A program made the position numbers and the translations under genes. A stretch of 36,362 nt of DNA from Myxococcales bacterium (GTDB lineage Bacteria > Myxococcota > Myxococcia > Myxococcales > Myxococcaceae). The stretch lies in contig JAUXZV010000023.1 of NCBI GenBank assembly GCA_030693825.1, positions 102,984 to 139,345 on the forward strand. Direction: 5' to 3'. The notes under the pieces are model-generated. The model had not been told where the DNA came from, did not search any database, and saw only the letters and a list, made by a program, of their open reading frames with translations. Shown piece by piece: positions 10,029-19,113 of this stretch (its first letter is position 1; each line of letters opens with the position of its first letter).

Positions 10029-12701
10029 TCACGCCAGCGACTTGGTCACGATCTCGTACACGTCCTTGCTGCAGCCCTCGCGGTCGAGAATGCGCTGGAG
10101 CTCCTGCTTCATCAGCGCCTGCCTCGGTGGGTCCTGCCGCTTCCATCGCGTCAGCGGCGTCAGCATGCGCGCGGCGATCTGCGGGTTGAACACGTCGAGC
10201 GTGCGCACCTGCTCACCGAGGAACGCGTAGCCGCGGCCGCTGGCCTCGTGGAAGCGGAGCGGGTTGCTCATGCCGAGCGCCGCGATGAGCGAGCGCGCGC
10301 GGTTCGGGTTCTCGAGCGTGAACGCCTCGTGCTTCATCAGCGCCATCACGTCATCGAGCGTCTGCGGCCGCGTGCTCGTCGCCTGGAGCGCGAACCACTT
10401 GTCGACCATCAGCGCCTCGCCCTTCCACTGCGCGTAGAAGGTCTTGAAGGCCTCGTCGCGTGCAGGGCTGGTCGTCGCCGAGAGCAGTGACAACGCAGCC
10501 TGCGTGTCGGTCATCGAGCCAGCGCGGCGAAGATGCGCGAGGACTTGCGCTTCGCCATCGGCCAGCCGTGCACGCCACGCCACCATCACGTTGCGAAGGC
10601 TGCGACGGCCCACGTCATCGGGCGCGAAGCGATAGGCGACGCCATCGAGTGCCTTCGAGAGGTGCGCGTCGACCTGCGTGATGAGCGGGAGCAGCGCCGT
10701 CGCCAGCGTCGTCACGAGGTGCTCGCGGGCCCGGTGCGCGCTCGCGTAGTCGGCCCAGGCGAGGCGATCGCCGATGACGTCGATGCCGGGAACGCTGAGC
10801 GCGAGGGCGAGCAGCGCGGGATCTCCAGCAGGCGTGAGCGCGGTCGCGAGCGCCGTCTTCACTGCGTCGACGAGTTGGGCAGCCGGAGCGATGGGCTCCT
10901 TCCCACCCTGAATCGCCGCGATGCTCGCGAACAGGTGCCGCAGGAACAGCTCCTGGCCCGCCTCGACGCGGTTGAACGCATCGTCGTCATGCGCGAGCCG
11001 GAAGAGCAGGGCGGTCTCGTCGTCGTCGGTCTCGAGAATGATGGGCGCCGAGAAGCCACGCAGCAGCGACGGCACCGGAGCGTGCGAGAGCCCCGAGAAC
11101 ACGAAGCGCTGCTCCGCCTTCGTCAGCTCGAGCACGCACTCGGTGCCACGCGCGACGCCATCGACGGTGAGCTGCACCGGCTTGCCGTCCTTGCCGAGGA
11201 GCGACGTCACCACCGGCACCAGCATCGGCAGCTTCTCTGCTTGTCCCGGCGTCGGAGGAACGGTCTGCGTGAGCGTCAGCGTCCACGTGCCCTTCGCCGC
11301 GTCCCACGCGCCCTTCGACGTCACCTTCGGCGTCCCGGCCTGCGAGTACCACCGCGAGAACTGCGTGAAGTCGCGCCCGCTGACCTCGGCCATGCAGGCG
11401 AGGAAATCGTCGGTCGTCACCGCCTGGCCGTCGTGCCGGCTGAAGTACAGGTCGGTGCCTTTGCGGAAGAGCTCGTGCCCGAGCAGCGTCAAGTACATCC
11501 GGACGACCTCGGCGCCCTTCTCGTAGATGGTGACCGTGTAGAAGTTCGAGATCTCGACGTAGCTGTCGGGTCGAACCGGGTGCGCGGTCGGGCCCTGGTC
11601 TTCGGGGAACTGCAGGCTGCGCAGCCTCCGCACCTCTTCGATGCGCTTGACGGAGCGCGAGCCGACGTCGGCCGAGAACTCCTGGTCGCGGAAGACCGTG
11701 AAGCCTTCTTTGAGCGAGAGCTGGAACCAGTCACGACACGTCACGCGGTTGCCGGACCAGTGGTGGAAGTACTCGTGGCCGACGACGCCCTCGATGCCCG
11801 CGAAGTCGACGTCGGTCGCGGTGTCGGGTCGCGCGAGCACGAACTTGGTGTTGAAGACGTTGAGGCCCTTGTTCTCCATCGCGCCCATGTTGAAGTCCGA
11901 CACGGCGACGAGGTTGAAGACGTCGAGGTCGTACTCCCGGCCAAAGCGCGTCTCGTCCCACCGCATCGACTTCTTGAGGCTGTCCATGCAGTGCGCGGTC
12001 TGGTCGAGGTCGTGCGCGCGCACCCAGACGTTCAGCGCCACCTGCCTACCGCTCATCGTGGTGAACGCATCGGAGCGCGCCACCAGGTTCCCCGCGACGA
12101 CGGCGAACAGGTAGCAGGGCTTCTTGTGCGGGTCGTGCCACACGGCGACGCGGCGTTTCTTCCCGTCGATGACTTCGTCGCGCTCGCTCACCTTGTTGCC
12201 GTTGCTGAGCAGCACGGGGAAGCGCTCGGGGTCGGCGCGCAGCGTGACGGTGAAGACGCTCATCACGTCGGGGCGGTCGGCGTACCAGGTGATCTTGCGA
12301 AAGCCCTCGGCCTCGCACTGCGTGAAGAGGTTGCTCGACGATGCGTAGAGGCCCTCGAGGCTCTTGTTCTTCGATGGCGTCAGGCGCCGGCGCGTCTTCA
12401 GCGTGAAGCGGTCGGGCGGCGCGTGCAGCGTCAGCCCTCCATCGGTCACCGCGTAGGCCGACTCGGGGAGCGTCGCGCCGTCGATGGAGATGGACAGCAG
12501 CTGTCCCGAGCCCTCGGCGTCGTGGTCGCCGTCGAGCAGCACGGGGCCCTGGACGCCCGCGCGCCGGACGATGACGAGCTCCGACTCGACCTCGGTGTGG
12601 TCGAGCTCGAGGTCGAAGGTGAGCGTCACGCGCTCGATGGAGAACGGCGGCGGGGTGTATTCGGCGAGGCGAATCGTCTTCGGGGTCGCGTCTCTCGGCA
12701 T
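10029..12701 (-). CDS. pepN: Aminopeptidase N (M1 family)
   Basis: GAMENKGLNVFN exopeptidase motif. HEYFHHWSGNRVT...LSLKEGFTVFRDQEF zinc site HExxH-x18-E. N-terminus MPRDATPKTIRLAEYTPPPFSIERVTLTFDL aligns with E. coli PepN. Start at ATG 12699-12701 (minus). Confidence 0.9.
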   Translation of the reverse strand: MPRDATPKTIRLAEYTPPPFSIERVTLTFDLELDHTEVESELVIVRRAGVQGPVLLDGDHDAEGSGQLLSISIDGATLPESAYAVTDGGLTLHAPPDRFTLKTRRRLTPSKNKSLEGLYASSSNLFTQCEAEGFRKITWYADRPDVMSVFTVTLRADPERFPVLLSNGNKVSERDEVIDGKKRRVAVWHDPHKKPCYLFAVVAGNLVARSDAFTTMSGRQVALNVWVRAHDLDQTAHCMDSLKKSMRWDETRFGREYDLDVFNLVAVSDFNMGAMENKGLNVFNTKFVLARPDTATDVDFAGIEGVVGHEYFHHWSGNRVTCRDWFQLSLKEGFTVFRDQEFSADVGSRSVKRIEEVRRLRSLQFPEDQGPTAHPVRPDSYVEISNFYTVTIYEKGAEVVRMYLTLLGHELFRKGTDLYFSRHDGQAVTTDDFLACMAEVSGRDFTQFSRWYSQAGTPKVTSKGAWDAAKGTWTLTLTQTVPPTPGQAEKLPMLVPVVTSLLGKDGKPVQLTVDGVARGTECVLELTKAEQRFVFSGLSHAPVPSLLRGFSAPIILETDDDETALLFRLAHDDDAFNRVEAGQELFLRHLFASIAAIQGGKEPIAPAAQLVDAVKTALATALTPAGDPALLALALSVPGIDVIGDRLAWADYASAHRAREHLVTTLATALLPLITQVDAHLSKALDGVAYRFAPDDVGRRSLRNVMVAWRARLADGEAQVLAHLRRAGSMTDTQAALSLLSATTSPARDEAFKTFYAQWKGEALMVDKWFALQATSTRPQTLDDVMALMKHEAFTLENPNRARSLIAALGMSNPLRFHEASGRGYAFLGEQVRTLDVFNPQIAARMLTPLTRWKRQDPPRQALMKQELQRILDREGCSKDVYEIVTKSLA

Positions 12702-12740
12702 GGCGCGGGGTCTACCAGCTTCGGCCCAGGCGGTGCTGGC
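12625..12740. repeat. Direct repeat copy A (~116 bp): pepN codons 1-25 plus 39 nt of its 5' UTR
   Basis: About 86% identical (~15 mismatches plus 1 indel by hand alignment) to 19114-19230, in the same orientation. Confidence 0.7.
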
Positions 12741-12932
12741 AGTGCGGGCGACGCCAGCTGAACGGTGGAAGCCCTCGCGCGACGAATCGAGACCGACCAC
12801 TGAGGGTGCGCCGCTCACGTCGATCGCGCCGACTTCTGAGGCTCGGGGCGCGCAGTGGTCTCGCCCAGAAGCTCACCTGTCGGCGCGGTGAGATTTTTTC
12901 ATCGGCAAGCCCCGCACGTTGGAGCTATCTAG

Positions 12933-12967
12933 CGATTGTGCATTTGCGAATCGTTCTCAATATTGTC
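12933..12967. promoter_or_regulatory. AT-rich palindromic elements (CGATT-N11-AATCG; CAATATTG) at the start of the imelysin operon; candidate metalloregulator (Fur-like) operator
   Basis: Lies within a local low-GC island (12890-12990) in a ~70% GC genome. Contains the perfect 8-bp palindrome CAATATTG at 12958-12965 and a CGATT/AATCG inverted pair. Overlaps the predicted 5' end of the imelysin gene, where the codons show atypically low GC3. Confidence 0.3.
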
Positions 12968-14137
12968 CTGGTCTGGTGCGCGTCCTCCTGTACGACGCCC
13001 TCACCGAAGCCCGACCCCTCCGACGCGCCGCTCCAGCGCCAGGCGCTCGAGACGTTCGACACGGCGCTGGCGCGGCCGGCGCTCGAGAAGACGGTGACGG
13101 ACTTCGCGGCGCTCCGTGAGGCGGTCGACGGCTGGGCTCGCGCAGCGCAAGGGCAAGACGCGCAGGCGCTCACCTCGGCGAAGGCGGCGTTCGAGACGGC
13201 GTTCCTCACCTGGCAGCGGGTCGAGTTGCTTCAGCTCGGGCCCCTCGGCGCGGCGACGCAGGTGACGGCCGGTGAAGGGCTGCGAGACGAGATCTACTCA
13301 TGGCCGACGACAAACCTCTGCCGCGTCGACTCGGCGCTGGTGGCGAACACGACGCCTGACGACGCCTACTTCGCGACGGCGCTCGTCACCTCGAAGGGCC
13401 TCGCGGTGCTCGAGGAGCTGCTCTTCAACCAGTCGACGGCGAATGCGTGCCTGCCGAACGCCACCATCAACACCAACGGCAGCTGGGCCATGCTCGCGGG
13501 CTCGCCTGCGCTCGAGGAGCGGCGCAAGGCCTGGGCGCTCGGCGTGGCGCGGCACCTCGAGGCGACCGCGCGGCGCGCACGTGATGGGTGGAGCGCCCCG
13601 GGTGGCTTCGGCGACAAGCTCACGCAGGCCGGGGCCATGGGCTCGGTCTGGCGCACGCCGAAGGATGGCCTCGACGACGTCTACGCGGGGCTCTTCTATG
13701 CGGACCGCTGGGTGAAGGACTTCAAGCTGGGCGCACCAGCCGGCATCACCCCCGCGTGCATGGCGCAGTCGTGTCCCGCGCTCGCCGAGTCGCCGCGCGC
13801 CGGGCTGTCGACCAGGGCCCTGGTCGAGAACCTCGTCATGACGCGCGCCATCTTCACCGGCTCGTTCGAGCAGACCTCGAGCGCGGTGGGCTTCGACGAC
13901 CTGCTCGTCGAGCGTGGGGCCGGCGCGCTGAAGGACGAGATGCTCCAGAAGCTCGACGCAGCAGTGGCCGCCGCGCGCGCGCTCCAGCGTCCGGTCTCGG
14001 TCGCCGCCACCGAGGACCTCGACGGACTCCAGGCGCTCCACGCCGACGTCAAGGCCTTCACCGACCTCTTCAAGTCGCAGTTCGTCACCACGCTGTCGCT
14101 CAAGGTCCCCAGGGAGGGGGCCGGCGACAACGACTGA
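12938..14137 (+). CDS. Imelysin-like (Peptidase_M75 / IrpA-like) periplasmic or lipoprotein
   Basis: Helical-bundle protein with GLAVLEELLF-type and GVARHLEA motifs recalled from imelysin-like/EfeO-C family proteins. N-terminal hydrophobic signal IVLNIVLVWCASSC. Start uncertain: GTG 12938 or TTG 12944. GGAG lies 13 nt upstream of 12938. Confidence 0.6.
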   Translation: MHLRIVLNIVLVWCASSCTTPSPKPDPSDAPLQRQALETFDTALARPALEKTVTDFAALREAVDGWARAAQGQDAQALTSAKAAFETAFLTWQRVELLQLGPLGAATQVTAGEGLRDEIYSWPTTNLCRVDSALVANTTPDDAYFATALVTSKGLAVLEELLFNQSTANACLPNATINTNGSWAMLAGSPALEERRKAWALGVARHLEATARRARDGWSAPGGFGDKLTQAGAMGSVWRTPKDGLDDVYAGLFYADRWVKDFKLGAPAGITPACMAQSCPALAESPRAGLSTRALVENLVMTRAIFTGSFEQTSSAVGFDDLLVERGAGALKDEMLQKLDAAVAAARALQRPVSVAATEDLDGLQALHADVKAFTDLFKSQFVTTLSLKVPREGAGDND

Positions 14138-14168
14138 GCGCAGTGCACCCTTGTCACACAGAGGCACC

Positions 14169-15299
14169 ATGCATCGAGTTCTTCTGAGCCTGATCGTTCT
14201 TCCCGTCGCGGCCTGTGGCCCGATGGACATGCGTCTCGATGGCGGTGGTGGCGCAGGCGGCGGTTCGACCGGCTGCACCGTGACCCTCACCGGCGCCTAC
14301 CCCGACGCGGGCTTCGCGACGAACGCGGCCGCCGAGATCAGCCTCCTCGGCAAGCTCAACGCGCTCAACGCGCCGATGCGGGCCGCCGAGCTCGACGCGG
14401 GCTTCACGGTGACGCGCATGCAGCTCGACGAGCTCTTCAGCGCCGGCACGCCGTCGCTCTCGAGCCTCACCGCGGCGGGCTTCCAGCCAGTGGTCCAGGA
14501 GACCTTCACCGCCTTCCTCGCCTCCCAGGGCCGCGTGTGGACGCCGATGGACCCTCCGATGAGCGGCGGCATCTACGGCTCGGGCACCAGCCAGTGGATC
14601 TACAGTGAGCGCGGCGTCGACCTGCGGCAGGTCATCGACAAGGGGCTCTACGGCGCGCTGTTCTACGGCGAGGCGGTCAAGCGCATGCCGACGGCGACGA
14701 CGCCGGAGTCCATCGACCAGCTGCTCGCGCTCTACGGTGCCACGCCGAACTTCCCGCAGAACGACACCACGGCGCCCGGGCGCGACGAGCTGATGGCGAA
14801 GTACGCCAAGCGCCGCACGCCGCAGGGCATGACGGGGCAGTACACGACGATGCGAGATGCGTTCGTTCGCGCGCGGCTCGCGGCCGGTTCGGCCAGCTGC
14901 ACCGCCGAGCGCACGGCGGCGCTCGAGACCATCAAGAGCGAGTGGGAGGAGATGCTCGCGGCGACCGTCGTCTTCTACGTGAACTCGGCGGCGACGAAGC
15001 TGCAGGACCCGATGGCCGACGTGGCGAAGAAGTCTTCGGCGATGCACGACCTCGGGGAGGGCGCCTCGTTCTTCCTCGGGCTCAAGGCCGTGCCGCAGGC
15101 GAACCGGCGCATCACCGACGCGCAGATCGACCAGGTGCTCACGGCGATGAAGATCCCCTCGCTCGCGGGCTCGACGGCGTTCCAGTTGCTGACGACGGTG
15201 CCGCCTGACATCGACGCGCTGCTCGCGGCGAACATGCAGCTGCAGACCGTCTACGGCTTCACCGCCGATGAGATGGTGCGCTTCCGGACCAACTTCTGA
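14169..15299 (+). CDS. Lipoprotein of unknown function. Its position in imelysin/HTTM/TonB clusters suggests it could be the DUF4856-like lipoprotein of such loci (tentative).
   Basis: MHRVLLSLIVLPVAACG lipobox. Weak AGAGG RBS. Its stop overlaps the next start (TGATG), indicating translational coupling. Family assignment is from gene context only. Confidence 0.55.
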   Translation: MHRVLLSLIVLPVAACGPMDMRLDGGGGAGGGSTGCTVTLTGAYPDAGFATNAAAEISLLGKLNALNAPMRAAELDAGFTVTRMQLDELFSAGTPSLSSLTAAGFQPVVQETFTAFLASQGRVWTPMDPPMSGGIYGSGTSQWIYSERGVDLRQVIDKGLYGALFYGEAVKRMPTATTPESIDQLLALYGATPNFPQNDTTAPGRDELMAKYAKRRTPQGMTGQYTTMRDAFVRARLAAGSASCTAERTAALETIKSEWEEMLAATVVFYVNSAATKLQDPMADVAKKSSAMHDLGEGASFFLGLKAVPQANRRITDAQIDQVLTAMKIPSLAGSTAFQLLTTVPPDIDALLAANMQLQTVYGFTADEMVRFRTNF

Positions 15300-16609
15300 T
15301 GCGCGCGCGGTGGGAGCAGCTCGCGGGCTGGGCCGGCGCCTCGGAAGACGGCGCGTCGGTGCGGGTGTACCGCGCCCTCATCGGGCTGCTCCTCGCCGGA
15401 GCCCTCGTTCGCCTCCACCTGACGGGGTGGACGGGGCCGCTGTTCCTCGAGCCGACGTTCCGGTTCGAGTACGAGGCGTTCGCCTTCGTTCCCGTCATCC
15501 CGAAGGCGCTGGTGCCGTGGGCGCTCGCGGTGGGCGCGGTCGGCGCCGTGGTGCTGGGCTTCGGGGCCGGCTTGGCGCGCCGGCTGGGCGGTGTCGTCTT
15601 CCTCGCCTGCTTCGGGTGGCTCAAGCTGTATGACGTCACCAACTACCTGAACCACGACTACCTCGCGTTCCTGCTTGGGGCGCTGCTGACGGTGCTCCCG
15701 CTCGACGGCCCCTCGCTGCCGCGCTGGGCGCTGTGGCTCCTTCGTTTTCAGGTGGGCGTCGTCTACGTGCACGCCGGCCTCGCCAAGGTGAACACCGACT
15801 GGCTGCTGCACGGCCAGCCGCTCGAGACGTGGTTCGCGGCGAACCGGGGCCTGCCCGTGCTGGGCCCGTTGCTCGCGCTGCCGTTCGCGCCGCTCCTGGG
15901 GAGCTGGGCCGCTTGTCTCTACGACCTGACGATTCCGTTCTGGTTGTCGGCGCGGCGAACCCGGCCTTTCGCGCTGGTGGCGGTGCTCGTGTTCCACGGC
16001 GCGACGCACGCGCTCTTCGACATCGGCATCTTTCCCTTCCTGATGACGCTGAACGCAACGCTGTTCCTCGACCCGTCGTGGCCGCGGCGGCTCGGGTGGC
16101 GCCCGGTGGCCGTGGCGCAGGGCGGTCGGCCGCTCGGTGCAGCCCTGGCAGTTGGGCTCGCGATGTACGTCGCCTTCCAGGCGCTCTTCCCGCTGCGCTC
16201 GCACCTGCTCGGCGACGACGTGCTGTGGGACGAACAGGGCATGCGCTGGTCGTGGAAGGTGATGCTGCGCGAGAAGAACGGCGCGGTGAGCTACCGGGTG
16301 CGCGCGAAGGGCGAGACGCGCGAGTGGCAGATTGACCCTCGCGACGTGCTGACGGCGCGGCAGGCGAACGAGATGAGCGGCCAGCCGGACCTCATCGTGC
16401 AGCTTGGGCGGCACCTCGGGCGAGACCTCGCGCAGAAGCTCGGCCGGCCCGTCGAGGTGTTCGTCGACGCGAGGGTCTCGTTGAATCGGCGCGCGCCGAG
16501 GCTGCTCTTCAAGCCTGAGGTCGACCTGTTGACGCTCGAGAACCTTCGGCAGGCGCTGAACGAGTCTCCACGGCGGGCGTCTTCGCCAGAATCGGTCGCG
16601 GTGAGGTGA
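15299..16609 (+). CDS. HTTM-domain integral membrane protein (vitamin K-dependent gamma-carboxylase-like)
   Basis: VYRALIGLLLAGALVRLHL...LFLEPTFRFEYEAF...YVHAGLAKVNTDWLLHGQPLETWF matches the HTTM signature. At least 8 TM helices. Start is coupled to the upstream stop. Confidence 0.75.
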   Translation: MRARWEQLAGWAGASEDGASVRVYRALIGLLLAGALVRLHLTGWTGPLFLEPTFRFEYEAFAFVPVIPKALVPWALAVGAVGAVVLGFGAGLARRLGGVVFLACFGWLKLYDVTNYLNHDYLAFLLGALLTVLPLDGPSLPRWALWLLRFQVGVVYVHAGLAKVNTDWLLHGQPLETWFAANRGLPVLGPLLALPFAPLLGSWAACLYDLTIPFWLSARRTRPFALVAVLVFHGATHALFDIGIFPFLMTLNATLFLDPSWPRRLGWRPVAVAQGGRPLGAALAVGLAMYVAFQALFPLRSHLLGDDVLWDEQGMRWSWKVMLREKNGAVSYRVRAKGETREWQIDPRDVLTARQANEMSGQPDLIVQLGRHLGRDLAQKLGRPVEVFVDARVSLNRRAPRLLFKPEVDLLTLENLRQALNESPRRASSPESVAVR

Positions 16610-16610
16610 C

Positions 16611-19076
16611 GTGATGTGGTGGCCGGTCGTCGTGTCGTTGTTCGTCGCCCAGACGCCGACCGGTTCGGCTGACGGAGGCTCGTTCGACGAACCTCGCGGC
16701 CACTGGGAGTCCCGCACGCGAGTGAGCGAGCTGCCGCCGCTCGCCGACGGTGGCAGCTTCGAAGCGGATGAAGCTGCGGCACCGCGTGGCGTGACGGCGG
16801 CTGATCCCGACGGTGGCGGCTTCGACGCGGGAGAGGAAGCGACCCCGCGTGGCACGACGGTGGCTGACCCCGACGGTGGCGGCTTCGACGCGGGAGAGCA
16901 AGCCCGTGCCGCCACGGTGGCTGGCCCCGATGGTGGCGTGTGGGACGCCGAGGACGAAGCGGCGCCGGCCTCCGACGCCGGAGTGGGCTTCACCACGAAG
17001 GTGGTTGGGCAGCGGGGACCTGACGTTCGTCGCATCACCGGCAGCGCGGTGACGCTCGGCGAGGAAGACCTCGAGCGCCGCGAGCTCAACGACATTCATC
17101 GGGTCCTGGGTGAGGTGCCCGGCGTGTACTTTCGTGAAGAAGATGGGCTGGGCCTGCGGCCGAACATCGGCCTGCGCGGCGCGAACCCCGATCGGAGCGC
17201 GAAGGTCACGCTGATGGAAGACGGGGTGCTGCTCACGCCGGCGCCGTACTCCGCTCCCGCCGCGTACTACTTTCCGCTCGTCACCCGAATGGTGGGGCTC
17301 GAGGTCTACAAAGGGCCAGCGGCGATTCGGTTCGGCCCCCAGACGATTGGCGGCGCCATCAACCTGCGCACGCGCGAGGTGCCGAAGGAGCACCTCTTCA
17401 AGCTCGACGTCGCTGGAGGCAGCCGCTTTCAGGCGCGGGTGCACGGCGTCGCCGCGGTGGGCACGGAGCGCTGGGGCCTGCTCGCCGAGGGCGTGTTCCT
17501 GCGCGACGAGGGGTTCAAGGTGCTCGACCGCGGCGGCAACACCGGCTTCGAGCGCGGCGAGGTGATGCTGAAGGGGCGCGTGAGCCCCAACGACGCATGG
17601 CAACAGCAGCTCGAGGTGAAGGCGACGCTCTCGCTCGAGGACAGCCGGGAGACGTACCTGGGCGTGTCGACCGAGGACTTCGAGGCGACGCCGAACCGCC
17701 GGTACGCGACGACGGCGCTCGACCGGATGGAGTGGAACCGGCTCTCGGTGACGGCCCGCTGGAGCGCCCAACCGGCGTCGTGGTTGTCGTTGTCTGCGGC
17801 GGCGTACCGGCACTCGATGTTCCGCGCGTGGAATCGGCTCGATCGCTTCCGGCGGGGCCCGGGCCTGTACGAGCTGTTGGTGCAGCCGGTGCGCGGAGGA
17901 CTCGACGGTCAGTACCTCGGCGTGCTGCGCGGGGCGGTCGATTCGAGCAGCCTCGACGAGTCGCTCATCGTGCTGAACAACGCGCGCACCCTGGTGAGCC
18001 AGGGGGTGCAGGCCGAGGCGGTGGCGAAGCTGACGACGGGGCCAGTGCAGCACGAGCTCGAAGCGGGCCTGCGGTTCCACCACGACGAGGTTCGGCGCAA
18101 CCACACCGCCACCGGCTACGCAGTCGTCGGCGGCGCGCTCGAGCCTGACGCCTTGCCGGTGGCGCAGGACGCGCTCAACCGGGGGCTCTCGCGGGCCGGG
18201 GCGCTGCACCTGCATGACACCATGACGTGGGGGCGCCTGCTGGTGTCGCCGGGCATGCGCGTCGAGCTCATCGACACGGTGTTCAAGGACGACCTCTCGG
18301 GAAAGACGTCGCGGTCGCTCCAGGCGGTGCCGCTCTTCGGCGCGGGCGCGGTGGTGGCGTTGCCGCTGGGCCTCAACGTCTTTGGAGGTGTGCACCAGGG
18401 CTTCAGCCCCGTGACGCCCGGCCAGTCGGCGGACGTGCGGCCCGAGCGGGCGCTGCATGGCGAGCTCGGCGTTCGGTCGCCGTCGCGGCGTCGTCGGCTC
18501 GAGCTGGTGGGGTTCTGGAGCGAGTACTCGAACATCACCGGCGAGTGCACCGGCAGCACGGGCTGCGTCGACGACGCGCTCAACCGGCAGTTCAACGGGG
18601 GCGCGGCGCGCATCGTCGGGCTCGAGGCCCTGGCGTCGGTCGTGATTCCGCTCCCGGCCGACATCGAGCTGGTGCCTCAGGTGACGTACACCCTGACGAG
18701 CGCGCGGTTCTTGTCCGACTTCACCTCGTCGAACCCCATCTGGGGCGTGGTGCGGGCGGGCGACCTCATTCCGTACGTGCCGACGCACCAGGGCTCGGCG
18801 CGGCTCATCTTCAACCGCGACGCGCTGTCGCTGTCGGTGGGCGCGGAGTTCTCTGGTGGCGTCGTCGAGGAGGCGGGCGACGGCCTCTCGCAGCCGACGG
18901 TGCCGGGGCGGGTGTTGCTCGACGCGACGGCGAGCTACCGGGTGGGGCTGTTTCAGTTCTACGCGCAGGGCATGAACCTGACGAACCAGCAGGTGGTGGT
19001 GGCGCGGCGCCCATTCGGTGCGAGGCCGCTGGCTCCGCTCGCGGTGCAAGCCGGCGTGCGGGTGCAGTGGCCGTAG
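16611..19076 (+). CDS. TonB-dependent outer-membrane receptor with an N-terminal acidic repeat extension
   Basis: Plug domain (DIHRVLGEVPGVYF...NIGLRGANPDRSAKVTLMEDGVLL...YKGPAAIRFGPQTIGGAINLRTRE) followed by a long barrel ending ...RVQWP. The GTG at 16611 or ATG at 16614 follows GAGG. It starts 1 nt after the HTTM stop. Confidence 0.8.
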   Translation: MMWWPVVVSLFVAQTPTGSADGGSFDEPRGHWESRTRVSELPPLADGGSFEADEAAAPRGVTAADPDGGGFDAGEEATPRGTTVADPDGGGFDAGEQARAATVAGPDGGVWDAEDEAAPASDAGVGFTTKVVGQRGPDVRRITGSAVTLGEEDLERRELNDIHRVLGEVPGVYFREEDGLGLRPNIGLRGANPDRSAKVTLMEDGVLLTPAPYSAPAAYYFPLVTRMVGLEVYKGPAAIRFGPQTIGGAINLRTREVPKEHLFKLDVAGGSRFQARVHGVAAVGTERWGLLAEGVFLRDEGFKVLDRGGNTGFERGEVMLKGRVSPNDAWQQQLEVKATLSLEDSRETYLGVSTEDFEATPNRRYATTALDRMEWNRLSVTARWSAQPASWLSLSAAAYRHSMFRAWNRLDRFRRGPGLYELLVQPVRGGLDGQYLGVLRGAVDSSSLDESLIVLNNARTLVSQGVQAEAVAKLTTGPVQHELEAGLRFHHDEVRRNHTATGYAVVGGALEPDALPVAQDALNRGLSRAGALHLHDTMTWGRLLVSPGMRVELIDTVFKDDLSGKTSRSLQAVPLFGAGAVVALPLGLNVFGGVHQGFSPVTPGQSADVRPERALHGELGVRSPSRRRRLELVGFWSEYSNITGECTGSTGCVDDALNRQFNGGAARIVGLEALASVVIPLPADIELVPQVTYTLTSARFLSDFTSSNPIWGVVRAGDLIPYVPTHQGSARLIFNRDALSLSVGAEFSGGVVEEAGDGLSQPTVPGRVLLDATASYRVGLFQFYAQGMNLTNQQVVVARRPFGARPLAPLAVQAGVRVQWP
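16746..16980 (+). repeat. In-frame tandem repeat (~60-63 bp period, ~4 copies) encoding DGGGFDAGEE-A-PRGTTVADP units in the TonB receptor N-terminus
   Basis: Successive units beginning gacggtggc(a/g)gcttcga... are directly visible. Copies 2 and 3 are nearly identical over their first 30 nt. Confidence 0.6.
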
Positions 19077-19113
19077 TGCGCTGAAGGTGCCCGGCGCGCA
19101 GACTCACCACGGC

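Noticed and set aside
10533-12761. 742-aa plus-strand ORF
   Set aside because: Antisense to pepN. Arg/Glu/Leu-rich with no motifs.
12806-12937. Extended N-terminus (MRRSRRSRRLLRLG...) of the imelysin ORF as a Tat signal
   Set aside because: It overlaps the pepN leader and promoter, and the h-region is weak. A start at GTG 12938 or TTG 12944 directly precedes the hydrophobic signal segment.
16509-19049. 846-aa minus-strand ORF, and the 614-aa ORF at 15251-17095
   Set aside because: Antisense to the TonB receptor and HTTM genes. Composition is Arg/Pro/Glu-rich noise. The sense-strand genes have strong domain signatures.
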